A DNA stretch of 64,000 bases from Candidatus Aenigmatarchaeota archaeon (GTDB lineage Archaea; Aenigmatarchaeota; Aenigmatarchaeia; Aenigmatarchaeales; Aenigmatarchaeaceae): positions 45,108-109,107 of the forward strand of contig JBDRJK010000014.1 in assembly GCA_043814985.1 (NCBI GenBank). Direction: 5' to 3'. This document shows, in pieces, positions 31,223-39,823 of the stretch (the stretch's first letter is position 1; each line of letters starts with the position of its first letter). The translations under genes were made by a program, and so were the position numbers. The notes beneath the pieces are model-generated. The model was not told the DNA's origin, made no database searches, and saw nothing but the letters and a program-made list of their open reading frames with translations.

Positions 31223-32251
31223 ATGAAAGCCTACAAGAATTTAGAAGAACGTGTAAATCTTGTCAAGCGTAATACTGTTGAAGTTCTCACTGACGAAGAA
31301 TTGGTTGAGCTGTTAAAAACCAAAAAGCAACCAACAGTATATCACGGACGGGCAATTACTGGTCCTTTGCATATTGGACATTTGATTCCTTTGGGTAAGC
31401 TTTTTGATTTTAATAGAGCAGACATAAAAGTTAAAATTTTGTTGGCTGACATTCATGCAGCTCTTGATGATTTAAAGTCAAAATGGGAGGACCTTGACAA
31501 AAGAGCCGAATATACTCGTAAATGCATTGAGTTGTCATTTGACTGGCCAAAGAAACTTAATTTCGTAAAAGGTTCTGACTTCCAGCTTGAAAAGAACTAT
31601 GTTATGGATATTTGGAAGATTGCTACAATTGCTACAGTTGTCAGAACCACAAGGGCTGCATCAGAGGTCACTAGGATGAAGAACCCTAAGACAAGCGAGT
31701 TGGTCTATCCAATAATGCAGGCTTTGGATGAGCAATATCTTGATGCTGACATACAGCTTGGGGGAACTGATCAGAGACATATAATGGCTTTTGCTAGGGA
31801 ATACCTGCCTAAGATAGGATATAAAAAGAGGGTTGAGATTATGACTCCCTTATCTGCTTCATTACTTGGTTCTGGGACCAAGATGAGTTCGTCCATACCT
31901 GCCAGTGTCATAAAAGTCTATGATTCTGAGGAGTCAATAAAAAAGAAAATAAACAAGTCATACTGTCCTGCCAAGATAGTTGAGAACAATCCTATAATCC
32001 AGATAGCTTCAATGCTGATAATTCCTATAGATGGAAAGTTATCCATAAAGAGGGACAAGAAGTTCGGTGGTGATATTGACATCACATCTTCAGAACAACT
32101 TGAAAAACTTTTTGTTAATGGAGAACTTCATCCAGCTGATTTGAAAAATGCAGTTACAACATATCTGATAAACAAATTCAAACCAGTAAGGAATTATTTT
32201 GAAAAAAATACTGATATCTTGAAAGATTTGGGAAATGAATTCTTGCCTTAG
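31223..32251 (+). CDS. tyrS: Tyrosine--tRNA ligase (archaeal type)
   Basis: HIGH, YPIMQALD, GGTDQ, KMSSS, LHPADLK. Confidence 0.93.
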   Translation: MKAYKNLEERVNLVKRNTVEVLTDEELVELLKTKKQPTVYHGRAITGPLHIGHLIPLGKLFDFNRADIKVKILLADIHAALDDLKSKWEDLDKRAEYTRKCIELSFDWPKKLNFVKGSDFQLEKNYVMDIWKIATIATVVRTTRAASEVTRMKNPKTSELVYPIMQALDEQYLDADIQLGGTDQRHIMAFAREYLPKIGYKKRVEIMTPLSASLLGSGTKMSSSIPASVIKVYDSEESIKKKINKSYCPAKIVENNPIIQIASMLIIPIDGKLSIKRDKKFGGDIDITSSEQLEKLFVNGELHPADLKNAVTTYLINKFKPVRNYFEKNTDILKDLGNEFLP

Positions 32252-32275
32252 AAGTTACAAGATGATTGTAAACAA

Positions 32276-33241
32276 TTATATCTCAATAATACGTTCTTTT
32301 ATTGCCTGACCGAAATGCGTTGCAACTGGTTCTGAAACATAAGCCTTAACCGAGTCTCCAGGCTTTATTTTGGTTACTGGTATTGAGCCATCAGGAGAAA
32401 CGATTCTTACAGTTTCTGCGTTCTGTGAGCATATGGTGCCTGTCTTATCTCCGTATTGTGCTTTTATGAATATCATTGGCCTCATCTCCTTTTTCAGAAC
32501 CGCCGCATAGGCCTTTCTAGTCTTGCCCTCATAGTTTACAGCTAAGACATCTTCGCAGATTTGGTCCATGGACTTTAAGTCGTCCAGATATTTTGGGGAG
32601 AAGCCATTACCTGAAAATACCTGCGTATACATTCTAGCAGCTCCAGCATTCACCCTCCAATCCCTTTTGTTGACAAAGGGGTTTTCATCAGTCTCAGCAT
32701 CAGGCAAGAACATAAAATCAGTTTTGAAACCAACCAATAATCCTTCCCTCTTCTCAAAAGATGCGATTGTGTCCACACAAACCCTCTTACCTATGTCCGC
32801 TCTTTTGGTTTCAACAACCTCAGCGTTAACCAAGTTAAGTTTAGGAGGGGATTGATAATAAGAACAGAAATCTTCTATCTTTTCTGGGTCGCTCACAACA
32901 AAACCGTCAACGCCCATTTCAAGAGCATTTGCGAGGGCCTTTGAGCCTTCTATATCATTGGTCTTGACTAAAACCTTTGTATTGCTTTTCTGTGTTAGGG
33001 CAATCAGATTTTCAGTTGGTATGGCCTCCCAATCCGTGAAGTTAGCAATTAGATAATTCACACCTTTCAATTTTCTTCCAACAGCCTCTATATCCTCCTG
33101 AGAACTTATTTTAACTTCCTTGTAACCTTTTGGTAAAGTTGGCAGGTTTCCTTTGCTCTGTCCTAGTATTCCAGTGGCATTATATTTTATTACATCATCT
33201 TCCAAGTCTTCTTTTCTACAATCAACCCATATTTCTTTCAT
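32276..33241 (-). CDS. aroB': 3-dehydroquinate synthase II (archaeal AroB')
   Basis: DWEAIPTENLIA, RVCVDT, WRVNAGA, QNAETVR, THFG. Confidence 0.9.
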   Translation of the reverse strand: MKEIWVDCRKEDLEDDVIKYNATGILGQSKGNLPTLPKGYKEVKISSQEDIEAVGRKLKGVNYLIANFTDWEAIPTENLIALTQKSNTKVLVKTNDIEGSKALANALEMGVDGFVVSDPEKIEDFCSYYQSPPKLNLVNAEVVETKRADIGKRVCVDTIASFEKREGLLVGFKTDFMFLPDAETDENPFVNKRDWRVNAGAARMYTQVFSGNGFSPKYLDDLKSMDQICEDVLAVNYEGKTRKAYAAVLKKEMRPMIFIKAQYGDKTGTICSQNAETVRIVSPDGSIPVTKIKPGDSVKAYVSEPVATHFGQAIKERIIEI

Positions 33242-33273
33242 ACAACCACTGAATGAAATTTTAAGAAAAATAA

Positions 33274-34122
33274 TTATCTCATATATTTTACTAGGGCCTT
33301 TTCAACAGTCAATCCCTCATGAACAATCCCACACATTGTTCTTACCATGGCAGTTGGATTTTCATGTTGGAATGTATTCCTTCCTATTGAGAGACCAGCA
33401 CCACCGGCCTGTATTGAACCGTAGACAATATCCAAAAATTCTTTTTCTGAATCTGTTTTTGGACCGCCTGCTATCACAACTGGAACAGGACAACCTTCAG
33501 TAACTTCTCTGAATGAATCTACAGAACCAGTATAGTTGGTTTTAATTATGTTCGCACCCAATTCAGCCCCAAGACGTGCAGCATGGCTGACAGCTTCAAC
33601 AATAAATTGATAATCTTTCTTACCTTTTAATTCATATCTCTTATCTAAATCTTCCTTTAATTTTAGCCCCCTTGGATACATCATTGCAAGTAAAGGCATT
33701 TCCCATTCATTACATATTTTTGATGTTTCACCAAGATATTTTAATTGCTGTGCCTCAGTCTCAGAGCCCATATTCACATGAACAGAAACAGCATCAGCCC
33801 CATATTTTATGGCTTCTTCCACAGTTGCTACTGGCACTTTATTATCTGGATCTGGCCCCCATTTAGTACTTGCTGACATATGCATTATAAGCCCGATATC
33901 TTTTCCAGAGCCTTCAGAACCTCTGTAGCCAGCTTCTATAATACCTTTATGTGTTATTACAGCATTCGCCCCTCCCATTGCAGCTGCATCAATTGCTTGT
34001 GACATATTCTTGAGACCTTTTATAGGTCCTTCTGACACTCCATGATCCATAGGAACTATTACAGTCTTTCCGCTCTTCCTATCAAATATCCTGTCCATTC
34101 TGATTTGTTTTCCAATACCCAT
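33274..34122 (-). CDS. aroA': 2-amino-3,7-dideoxy-D-threo-hept-6-ulosonate synthase (AroA', DhnA-type aldolase)
   Basis: PMDHG, MYPRG, IIKTNY, AGGPK, GRNTFQ; adjacent to aroB'; ATG 34122 preferred. Confidence 0.85.
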   Translation of the reverse strand: MGIGKQIRMDRIFDRKSGKTVIVPMDHGVSEGPIKGLKNMSQAIDAAAMGGANAVITHKGIIEAGYRGSEGSGKDIGLIMHMSASTKWGPDPDNKVPVATVEEAIKYGADAVSVHVNMGSETEAQQLKYLGETSKICNEWEMPLLAMMYPRGLKLKEDLDKRYELKGKKDYQFIVEAVSHAARLGAELGANIIKTNYTGSVDSFREVTEGCPVPVVIAGGPKTDSEKEFLDIVYGSIQAGGAGLSIGRNTFQHENPTAMVRTMCGIVHEGLTVEKALVKYMR

Positions 34123-34192
34123 AAGATTACCTATCAAACAATTGAACAGAAAGCTTTAAATCCCTTTTTTTCCAATTAATTTTGTTGGTTAA

Positions 34193-34246
34193 ATGAGAAG
34201 CAGACTCTACTTCAAGTATACACAGTATTTCTTTACATTTATGTAG
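34193..34246 (+). CDS. Putative leader peptide MRSRLYFKYTQYFFTFM
   Basis: Read directly; 3 Tyr + 4 Phe in 17 aa; stop 46 nt before the aspartate kinase ATG. Confidence 0.7.
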   Translation: MRSRLYFKYTQYFFTFM

Positions 34247-34248
34247 AG

Positions 34249-34289
34249 TCAACACTTTTCTTCTCAACTCTTCTGAAAAAAGGTGTTGA
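34249..34289 (+). promoter_or_regulatory. Hairpin sequestering the aspartate kinase Shine-Dalgarno
   Basis: TCAACACTTTTCTTC (34249-34263) pairs with GAAAAAAGGTGTTGA (34275-34289), 14/15 pairs incl. one G-U; contains AGGTG 34281-34285. Confidence 0.7.
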
Positions 34290-34292
34290 ATA

Positions 34293-35588
34293 ATGACAAT
34301 AGTTCATAAATTCGGTGGCGGCATAATAAGAGACGGAAGCGGTCTTGCAGACATAGAAATGGTTACTAGAAGCTATGATGTTCCGCAACTAATTGTTGTT
34401 TCTGCCCTGAAAGGTGTTACAAATGAATTAAGAGAATATTTGGAAAGAGACGAACCCAACATTGCCAGAAGCACTATAGTAAATTATGCCCTTACTGGAA
34501 GAGACTGGATTAAAGGCAATAATGAACGCGATTCATTTCTCAGAAAATTAAAAGATTTACAAGAAGAATTGCTAGACCCAGAGTTAAAAGTTGATGAAGT
34601 CCTATCTTTCGGAGAAAGGCTCTCCACAGAATTTTGTTATCATGCCCTAAAATCTAGGGGAATAGATGTAGGTAAAGTCAATTATGATAGATACCATCCT
34701 CTCGATTTCTCAATCATCTGTTCTGAACATAAAGAGGATGCTGATCCAATACTTGAAAAAACAAAAAACAATTTTGGCTTAGTAAAAGAAAAGATGGAAG
34801 AGCATGATGTAGTTGTTTTGCCAGGCTTTATTGGGGTAACTGAACTAGGTGAATTGAGAACATTGGGTAGGGGCGGTTCGGATACCACTGCTCTAGCTTC
34901 TGCTTATGCATTAGATGTAAATGAAGTTAATCTATGGAAAGATACAAAGGGAGTAAGAACAGCTGACCCGGGAATAGTTAAAAATACTAGATTAATACCT
35001 CACATTTCATATTCGGAAGCAAACAATATGACCAAGTCTGGGGCAAAGATAGTGCAGCACAAATCATCCAAACTTGCTGAAGAAACCGGAATCAAAATGA
35101 GAATACCTTATATTAAGGATTCAAGTATTTTCACTGTTATTAATGGTGAAAGGAGAGCAGAAGAGCCTCTGGTAAAGTATGTTGGAGGGACCGACAGTGC
35201 AAAAATGATATCATGTAGTTTTGACGAATTTCTTGAAATAAGAGAAGAATGCCAAAAGCAAAACCAACAGGACGATTTTTTTATACTTCATGGAAACTAC
35301 AACAATTTAAGAGTCTTGATTTTGAATAATAAAAATAATATCCACAAAGGCAAAAAAGTTGGTGTGGCTACTTTGGTTGGTGACAGATTAAAAGAAACAA
35401 AGGGTGTATTAGAAAGAGCTTCTCACCAATTGAGGGAACAGAAAATAAATATTATTGACTATGGTAGTGGTGGTGAGGAAGAATTGTACATGTCTTTTAT
35501 ATTGAAAGATACTCTTACAAAACCCTCAATAAGAGCATTACACAAGAAATTCATAGAGGAAGACACATTCTGGAAGAACAGAAATTAA
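34293..35588 (+). CDS. lysC: Aspartate kinase
   Basis: HKFGG, VVSA, SFGERLS, PGFIG, TLGRGGSDTTA, TADP; ACT-like C-terminus. Confidence 0.9.
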   Translation: MTIVHKFGGGIIRDGSGLADIEMVTRSYDVPQLIVVSALKGVTNELREYLERDEPNIARSTIVNYALTGRDWIKGNNERDSFLRKLKDLQEELLDPELKVDEVLSFGERLSTEFCYHALKSRGIDVGKVNYDRYHPLDFSIICSEHKEDADPILEKTKNNFGLVKEKMEEHDVVVLPGFIGVTELGELRTLGRGGSDTTALASAYALDVNEVNLWKDTKGVRTADPGIVKNTRLIPHISYSEANNMTKSGAKIVQHKSSKLAEETGIKMRIPYIKDSSIFTVINGERRAEEPLVKYVGGTDSAKMISCSFDEFLEIREECQKQNQQDDFFILHGNYNNLRVLILNNKNNIHKGKKVGVATLVGDRLKETKGVLERASHQLREQKINIIDYGSGGEEELYMSFILKDTLTKPSIRALHKKFIEEDTFWKNRN

Positions 35589-35624
35589 TCAAGCTTAAAT
35601 AATTTACTTTTCATAAAAGCTTAT

Positions 35625-35696
35625 ATGTTGGGCACACTTGAAAAACTTTCAATCAAGATTTCTCTATCTTCATCTGGCTCATGCTGTTCAGAATAA
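35625..35696 (+). CDS. Putative leader peptide MLGTLEKLSIKISLSSSGSCCSE
   Basis: Read directly; 7 Ser, 2 Cys, 2 Gly in 23 aa; stop 42 nt before serA-like ATG; TTAAAT box at 35595-35600. Confidence 0.7.
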   Translation: MLGTLEKLSIKISLSSSGSCCSE

Positions 35697-35738
35697 TTCC
35701 ATTGGAATAATTCTTCTTTAAATTATGAGGGGATAAAA

Positions 35739-36635
35739 ATGACAAAAATATATGTTGCTGGCGGGCTGGATGGAAACAGGATAGCAGAATCCTGTGGTGT
35801 AGACCTGGCACCAAAAATCGAGGACGCCGAGATACTGGTTACAAGGAGCAAAACAAAAGTCAACAAGGAGCTAGTAGACAAAATGCCATACTTGAAGTAC
35901 GTAATAACCGCCACTCACGGCATTGACAATCTCGATACTGAATACTTAACAAGAAAAGGAATAGAATTTCACCCTGTTCCTGCCCAATCCTATGATGTCG
36001 CGCAGGGTGTTATAGGTTATATTTTAGCTCATGCCACAAACCTTGTAGAAGGAGACAGGTCAATGAAACGCGGTGAGTGGAAAAAGAAAGAATTCTTTGG
36101 TCACAGAATAAATGAGAAGACCTTGGGAATAATCGGTTGTGGGAAGATAGGTAGAAATATTAAGAAAATGGCTTCTGCTCTAGGTATGGATGTTGTTACT
36201 TTTGATGCGTGTGTTGAGACTGAGGAATCAGTGTCTTTTGAAGAACTCTTAAGAAAGTCAGACTATGTGACTGTCAATGTTCCTCGAACCAAAGACACTA
36301 TAAATTTGATAGGAAAGGAAGAGATTGAAATAATGAAAGAGGGGGCCTACATAATAAACACAGCAAGGGGTGGAATAGTTGATGAGAAAGCCCTTCTTGA
36401 GGCAATAGATAGTGAGAAACTGTCTGGTGCTGCCTTGGATGTTTTTAAAAATAACTCTGAAAATAATCTACCATTTGGAGACAACAGTTCTGGAAGGCTA
36501 ATAGCTCATGAAAAGGTAATAGCTACGCCGCATAGCATTGGTCAAAGCCAAGAGGCTGTTGACGACAAGCATGAAGGAGTAATAAGAATCATTAAGAATT
36601 ATATAAGTAATAATAACAAAATAGAAAGTGAGTAA
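35739..36635 (+). CDS. serA: D-3-phosphoglycerate dehydrogenase-like 2-hydroxyacid dehydrogenase without ACT domain
   Basis: VTRSKTKV, GIIGCGKIG, INTARG, ALDVF, TPH; overlaps serS frame; DVFxxEP region is divergent. Confidence 0.7.
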   Translation: MTKIYVAGGLDGNRIAESCGVDLAPKIEDAEILVTRSKTKVNKELVDKMPYLKYVITATHGIDNLDTEYLTRKGIEFHPVPAQSYDVAQGVIGYILAHATNLVEGDRSMKRGEWKKKEFFGHRINEKTLGIIGCGKIGRNIKKMASALGMDVVTFDACVETEESVSFEELLRKSDYVTVNVPRTKDTINLIGKEEIEIMKEGAYIINTARGGIVDEKALLEAIDSEKLSGAALDVFKNNSENNLPFGDNSSGRLIAHEKVIATPHSIGQSQEAVDDKHEGVIRIIKNYISNNNKIESE

Positions 36636-37926
36636 AATGCTTGATATAAAAGTTATAAGGGAGAATCCGACCATTGTAGAAACTGACTTGGATAAAAGGG
36701 GAGACAATGAAAGGAAGAAAATCCTGAAGAAACTTGTTGAAGACGATAAGAAATACAGGGAACTTCTCCAAGAGGTGGAAGACTTAAAACACAAGAGAAA
36801 CGTTCTTTCCAAGGAAATAGCTTTATTGAAAAAGGACAACAAGGATGCTGCTTCAAAACTAAAGGAAGCTGCAGAAATTCCAGAAAAAATTAAGAAACTG
36901 GAAGAAGAAATTTCAAAATTAAAAGAAAATATTGATTTGGCCTTATACAGGATACCCAACCTTCTCCATGAGTCTGTTCCTGTTGGCAAGGACGAGTCCG
37001 AGAATGTTGAGATAAGGAGATGGGGGAAACCTCCTAAATTTGATTTCGAGCCAAAAAGCCATTTTGAAATATTGAATGACCTTGGGATGATAGATGCTGA
37101 GGCAGCTGCAAGGGTTTCAGGCAGCCTGTTCTTCTTTTACAAGGGTCCAATTGTTTTGTTAGACCTTGCATTGCAAAGATTTGCTCTGGATATCATGGCC
37201 AAAGAGGGATTCCAGATTATTTATCCACCATTCATGGTCAATAAGAAAGTCTACGAAGGAATGATAGGAGACCCTACTGACTTTGCTGAAGCGAGCTACA
37301 AGATAGAAGGAGAAGAGCTGTATCTGATACCAACAGCAGAATATCCACTTGGGGGAATGTACATAGACCAAACCATCAATCAAAAAGACCTGCCCTTGAA
37401 GTTATGCGGTGTAAGCTCCTGTTTCAGAAAAGAGGTTGGCACGCACGGCAAGTTCTCTAAGGGCTTGTACAGGATGCACCAGTTCAACAAGGTTGAGATG
37501 ATTGTGATGTGTTTGCCTGAAGAGTCTTGGGACTTCCATGAAAAAATGCAGAAAATTTGCGAAAGTGTCTACCAACAATTGGGTTTGCATTACAGGGTCG
37601 TTAATGTTTGCACTGGCGACATAGGAACCAAGGCATCCAAGAAGTATGATACAGAGATATGGATGGCTGATGGAAATTTCAGAGAGGTCGGTTCCAATTC
37701 AAATGTTCTGGATTATCAGGCAAGAAACTTGAACACAAAATACAGAGAAAAAGAGGGTCAAGCCCCAAAGGGATTTGTACACATTCTTAACAATACAGTT
37801 CTAGCAACCTCAAGAACAATGCTTGCTATTCTAGAGCAATACCAACAAAAGGACGGAACAGTACTAATACCAAAAGTTCTGCTGCCCTACATGGGTGGAA
37901 TCAAAAAACTTGAAAAGCTCAAGTAA
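36628..37926 (+). CDS. serS: Serine--tRNA ligase
   Basis: MLDIK coiled-coil arm, IPTAE, FRKE, RMHQFNKVE, HILNNT; start may be ATG 36637. Confidence 0.95.
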   Translation: MSKMLDIKVIRENPTIVETDLDKRGDNERKKILKKLVEDDKKYRELLQEVEDLKHKRNVLSKEIALLKKDNKDAASKLKEAAEIPEKIKKLEEEISKLKENIDLALYRIPNLLHESVPVGKDESENVEIRRWGKPPKFDFEPKSHFEILNDLGMIDAEAAARVSGSLFFFYKGPIVLLDLALQRFALDIMAKEGFQIIYPPFMVNKKVYEGMIGDPTDFAEASYKIEGEELYLIPTAEYPLGGMYIDQTINQKDLPLKLCGVSSCFRKEVGTHGKFSKGLYRMHQFNKVEMIVMCLPEESWDFHEKMQKICESVYQQLGLHYRVVNVCTGDIGTKASKKYDTEIWMADGNFREVGSNSNVLDYQARNLNTKYREKEGQAPKGFVHILNNTVLATSRTMLAILEQYQQKDGTVLIPKVLLPYMGGIKKLEKLK

Positions 37927-37928
37927 GA

Positions 37929-38201
37929 CTACCATCTGTCTCTAGGGTTTCTGGGTATTATGATCCATGCTATCAGGTATGCCAACAGACCACTTCCGTA
38001 TGCCAATCCGAAAATAATCCAGAGTATTCTGACTATGGTCGGGTCAACGTTGAAATAGTCTGCCAAACCACCGCAGACACCGCCGAGTATCTTGTTCTTT
38101 CCAGATCTATACAGTCTTTTTATTTCAGCTCTTCTGCTAGTTGTTCTACTAGTCCTTCTGCTGGCTGTTCTCCTGCTTTTCACTTCGCGCTTTTTTGCCA
38201 T
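37929..38201 (-). CDS. PspC domain protein with Arg/Ser-rich N-terminus
   Basis: KRLYRS...GGVCGGLADYFNVDPTIVR...YLIAWIIIP. Confidence 0.88.
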   Translation of the reverse strand: MAKKREVKSRRTASRRTSRTTSRRAEIKRLYRSGKNKILGGVCGGLADYFNVDPTIVRILWIIFGLAYGSGLLAYLIAWIIIPRNPRDRW

Positions 38202-38237
38202 AGAAATAGTATATAGAAACAGGGATTTAAAATACAA

Positions 38238-38642
38238 CTACATTTTATTATTTTCTATATTTTTAAGAAAATCCATGATTTCAGTCATGACAGATGTTGT
38301 GAAATAATTACAAACAGAAGTTGCAGGAACCCACTTCAATTCCTTTAAACCACCGCCAGCCCTTTCAATTCCCTTGCCAGTACATTCAAAATATACTATA
38401 ACAGCATTGATACTGGACTCAGGCATTATTCTAGCAGCAATAATTCTCTTTACATCAATATCCAAACCAGTCTCCCTTTTAGCAATTTCTTTAATCTCCC
38501 TTTCGAAATCCAAGCTTTCCAGCTTTCCTCCTGGGAAGACCCATGTCAAGTGCTCGACAAACTTGTCCTTCTCCTTTCTATTTCCAATCAACACATTTCC
38601 ATTCTTATGAATTATTGCCAAGCCAACAACCATAAACTCCAT
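38238..38642 (-). CDS. NUDIX hydrolase
   Basis: WVFPGG...AKRETGL Nudix-like box. Confidence 0.8.
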   Translation of the reverse strand: MEFMVVGLAIIHKNGNVLIGNRKEKDKFVEHLTWVFPGGKLESLDFEREIKEIAKRETGLDIDVKRIIAARIMPESSINAVIVYFECTGKGIERAGGGLKELKWVPATSVCNYFTTSVMTEIMDFLKNIENNKM

Positions 38643-38704
38643 GAATAAAGTTCAATTATGAAAATATTTAAATATTAGTCTATATTATATGATAAACGAT
38701 TTTC

Positions 38705-39823
38705 ATGGAACTAAACATATGGGACTTGCCAATAAACAAGTTTTATGTTAAGTTGAATAAGGATTTTGTAGAAGAGGCTTTGAGTAAAATAAAATCTAAA
38801 TATGGCAGTTACAAAAAATTTTATAATAAATACAACATAGTAGAAAGCACCTTTTTTGGTTGGCGTAGAAACTGCCTTTACCCCTTACCAATTGTTATTA
38901 AACTTTGTAAACTGCTGGGCATACCCTTGGATTATATGCAAAAAAGCGTAACAGAATTAAAAAGCAAGCCATACCCTTCCAAGGGTGGAGATATAAGTTC
39001 TCCCATATTTCCAAATTTTCCCTTGAAACTATCCTTAGAACTTGTTAGACTAATAGCCCACATGTTGGGCGATGGTTGCATAACTCTCAATAAAAAGGGG
39101 CATTACAATTTTCAATATTACAATAAAAGTGAACATCTCAGAGAAATGTTTAAAGCCGACTCAAGAAAAGTTTTTGGAAATTTGTATATACATGAAGCTG
39201 TCAACAAAGGAACGCCATACATATTTTTACCTGCACCCGTTGCTATAATATTTCTCCATTTAGTGAAGGATTTTCACAGCAAGAAAAGTAGAGTGCCCAA
39301 ATTCATAAAAACATCCTCTTCCAAAGTAAAGAGAGAGTTCATTAAGTCTATCTTTGACGATGAAGGCTCTGTCAAATTTAGGAAGAATGAAAGAAATATA
39401 GAATTTGCACTGTCAAACAAGCCATTTGTAAATGATGTAAAAATATTATTGAATGAATTTGGAATAAAGACTTCTAAGATTTCAGAAAGAACTGATAAAA
39501 AAGGATATTACAAGGCTTATTTTTACATAAGAAACTACCATAACATTTCTAAGTTTTATAAATCCATAGGATTTTATCATCCGAAAAAACAGAAAAAACT
39601 AGAGGAAATTATTAAGTTTCCGGGAAGAAAGAGCTATGCTCGCGGTGAGACGAAGAAACTCATTATAAACTTGTTAGAAGAAAGACCTTTTAGTACCTTT
39701 GAACTTTCCAAGAAACTTGAAAGAAGTATAGTTAATGTAGATATTTTTGCCAGAAGACTTAAGAACGATGGAAAGATAGAGCGTTTTAAGACTGGTAAAC
39801 AACTATTATGGAGAGTGAAATAA
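38705..39823 (+). mobile_element. Free-standing LAGLIDADG homing endonuclease with HTH domains
   Basis: LIAHMLGDG and FIKSIFDDEG motifs; N- and C-terminal HTH-like segments; no intein splicing residues seen. Confidence 0.85.

Noticed and set aside
32255..32271. TTACAA-N5-TTGTAA inverted repeat between convergent tyrS and aroB'
   Set aside because: Short and AT-rich; may be a terminator but too weak to call
38705..39823. Intein in topA
   Set aside because: Own stop codon, no splicing-domain termini, topA intact
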